The position numbers and the translations under genes were made by a program. Below the pieces are notes generated by a model that saw only the letters and a list, made by a program, of their open reading frames with translations, was not told the DNA's origin and ran no database searches. A stretch of 64,000 nt of DNA from Cyanophora paradoxa CCMP329. Taxonomy: Eukaryota > Plantae > Glaucophyta. Positions 61,501 through 64,000 of the stretch are shown piece after piece; the stretch's first letter is position 1; the number at the start of each line of letters is the position of its first letter. Where the stretch lies: NCBI GenBank assembly GCA_004431415.1, contig QPMI01000569.1:124001-188000 (forward strand), in the 5' to 3' direction.

Positions 61501-62370
61501 CTGTACCCTGTACCCCCCGTACCTGTATCCCCCTCCCCGCGGCCGACGGCCGGGCCCCGCAGACCGTCACGCACGTTGAGGCCCTCCTCCAGTACGGCAT
61601 GAGCTCCGAGCAGGTGCCCCCTCGCCCGCCAAGCCGCGCCCCCCCCCCCCCTCTTCCGTAGGCCCGTTCTGAGCTGCGCGCCCGTACCCCAGGTCAAGAA
61701 GATTTTCAACAAGGTACCCGGGATCCTGGCCCTCTCCGCCGAGCGGACCATCGTGCGCCGTACACCCCCCATCGAATCCACGTACCCCCTTGCGACCGGT
61801 ACCCCCTCCCCGCGCAGATTCCGAAGCTGGAGCTCATCCGCCAGTACGGGTACACCCTCGACGAGATCGTCGACGGGGGCGGCGAGGTCCGCGCCGCGTG
61901 TACCCCCTTCCCGCCCCTTGGGCCGAACGCGGGGGGGCGGCAGTGCCTTGTGTACCCGCTGGAGGGGAAGATCCGGCCGCGGCTGGAGCGGGCGCGGGGG
62001 TCGGGGATCCTGCTGCCGGCGCCGGCGCCGCGGCCGGCGCTGCGGCACCTGCTGCGCAGCCAGGAGAGCTCCTTCTCGGGGTGGATCCAGGAGCTCCAGG
62101 CCACCGACACCCAGCAGGCCCGCCCCGCCCCGCCCCGCCCCGCCCCGCCCCGCCTGACGCGCCGGGGCCGCGCAGGTCAAGGAGCGGCTGGTGGAGTGGC
62201 TGCAGGAGCTCCCCGAGTTCGCCCGCCACGTCGCCGCCGTCCAGGCCGCCCGCAGGGGCGCCGCGGGCGCCTGCCCCGCCCGCCCCGCAGCCCCCGCCCC
62301 GCAGCCGCAGCCGGCCGCACCCCCGCCCGACCCCGCCCCGGACTGCAGCCCCGGCCCCGGGCCTGCGTAG
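58557..62370 (+). CDS. mTERF-repeat protein, copy 2
   Basis: Duplicate of 44665-48445. Confidence 0.78.
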
Positions 62371-62653
62371 CGCTAGCTGCACTGTGTTCATGATCGTGAC
62401 GTGCGGCCCGCGCCTCTTCAATTAGTTTCCAGTTTTTCCAAGCCAGTCCAATCTATTAGTTATCGAGCAAGCCAACAACAACGGCGATTAATCATGATAT
62501 CGAAATTGATAACCATTCCAGAAAAATGAGTTCCAGATTAAATTAGCGCGAATTCGAACTGCAATTTTGAATTCTGTCACATCAAACCATTTGCAACGGC
62601 CCTAAGGGCCTTCCTTCCCCAAGGCTGAAAATTGGGAAGAAGCCCTTGTCAAT

Positions 62654-64000
62654 CTATTGGAACAAGACAGAGCTGAGGGCGTAGACGTTTCCGACGAAGT
62701 CGCCGGCGGCAATGCGCGCGCCGCACGAGTCAACGCACGTGAAGGGTGCAAACCCTTCGAAGGCGCAAACCCGCTGCCCGGCGTCGGTGTGCGTCTGTTG
62801 GCGCTCAGCCCGTCAGGTCGATCGAGCGCAAAATTAAATATATAATTACTGAGATGCATATATATGCATATCCGCGAGGGCGGGGGGTCCGAGCATACCG
62901 AGAGGAGCTTGCCGGGGTCCGACGCGACGACCACGTTGGGTCTCAGCTCGATCGCCGCCTCGCTCACGGCCGCAGGCGGGTTGTAGAAGGCGCACGCCAC
63001 CACGCTCCGGGGCGATGCCGTCGTCCGCTTTGTGGCGTCTCCGTACGCGTGGACGTGCGCCGCCGAGCGCTCTCCCAGCCCCTGGACCTGCGAATGCCGG
63101 ACCAGCTCCCAATCAGCTAATGTGGAATATGAACTCGGGCGAAACAGTTGCGCACTGAATACTCCGAAAAGCGCGCCTTGTCGGATTGAATCATTGCCTA
63201 AGGACCAAAGAATTGGTTCAAACGAACCACTGGATGCGGGGACTCGATCGCTCAGCGGCATGCGCACCTCGACCTCGTAGACGCGAACGACGTCGCGCCC
63301 GCCCGCCTCGCAGCTCGCGACGAGGCGGGTCCGCCCCTGCACCGTGTCGTCCACGGACAGGCACTTGATGGGCGCATCGCTGACGATCGCGCTCCTCAGC
63401 TCCTTGCAGCCCGAACCCACGTCAAAGATCTGCAGCCGGTTTTGGCACTGAAACAGTAGAGAGATACAACAAAATTTAATCGTGTTCTCGACCTTGATCG
63501 CGTTTCCGACAGAGGCGATGAGCCGGCGGCCGTCTCCCGCAAAAAAGCAACTGGAGTTGCAATCAGAGAATATCTAGAACTGGAATTGTGGTAGGCCGTG
63601 CCTTGTGACGTTCGGCGCAAGGCCAGAGACGACTTTTGTTTCCTTTCCAGACACCCAACCACCGCCATCCGTCTTGATCTCCCAGATCCGCATCGTCCGA
63701 TCTGCGAGCAGGGCATATATACATCAGTCTTCGTACTTTGCGCAGGTGCACGCCATGCAGATAGGAAAGACGAATAGTTCTGAGATCAAGCACGTTGCTG
63801 TCTATCGCCATTTGCAACGCCCCGCCGGGGGCCGGCACCTTCAGAGCCGGAGACAAGGAGGCGCCCGTCGGGGGACCATCCGACGCTGTGGATGATGCCA
63901 GAGTGCCCACCGATCTGAGCCAGCTGCTCGTACGAGCCCGATATCGATGTCGCCCAAATCCGCAGTGTGCGGTCCCAGGACCCGGACGCAATGTAAGCGT
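62654..64000 (-). CDS. WD40-repeat protein, 3' portion (continues beyond window)
   Basis: Duplicate of 48730-50077 with the same WD repeats. Confidence 0.8.

Larger units (their letters stand above)
50519..64000. repeat. Tandem segmental duplication, copy 2 (runs off window; 64000 matches 50077)
   Basis: Near-identical to 36716-50077; offset grows from 13,803 to 13,923 through small indels. Confidence 0.95.

Noticed and set aside
1-64000. Hundreds of long Arg/Pro/Gly/Ala-rich ORFs in the six-frame track
   Set aside because: They result from very high GC and read-through of stop-free introns or antisense frames; the real proteins appear only after splicing.
1-64000. CRISPR arrays, rRNA, transposase or reverse-transcriptase genes
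   Set aside because: No regularly spaced repeats, rRNA signatures or transposon catalytic motifs were seen.

Overview
Very GC-rich eukaryotic nuclear DNA with dozens of short spliceosomal introns (about 45-100 nt, GT-AG and frequent GC-AG). Most single ORFs in the supplied track are therefore artefacts, and I rebuilt the genes exon by exon; gene ends are approximate where noted. The intron style, Phe-containing plastid-type N-termini (MAF..., MAAEGPAAAAF...) and a cyanobacterial-type DUF3110 gene suggest a glaucophyte such as Cyanophora (inference). Left half: the 3' end of a PfkB kinase and three large paralogous TmcB/TmcC-like multi-pass membrane protein genes. Two of these are a head-to-head pair with patchy near-identical tracts. 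The third carries two tandem homologous 96-nt exons for the same transmembrane helix (candidate mutually exclusive exons). A small beta-rich orphan ORF and a two-domain N-acetylglutamate synthase (argA/NAGS) follow. Right half: a 13.8-kb tandem duplication (36716-50518 and 50519 to the window end) carrying a Q/P-rich protein, DUF3110, a small MIU-motif protein, a DODA/LigB dioxygenase, a tRNA-like element, an mTERF protein and a WD40 gene. The differences I saw between the copies are short indels, mostly in homopolymer runs. The junction fuses the argA promoter and transit-peptide segment in frame to the WD40 3' half.
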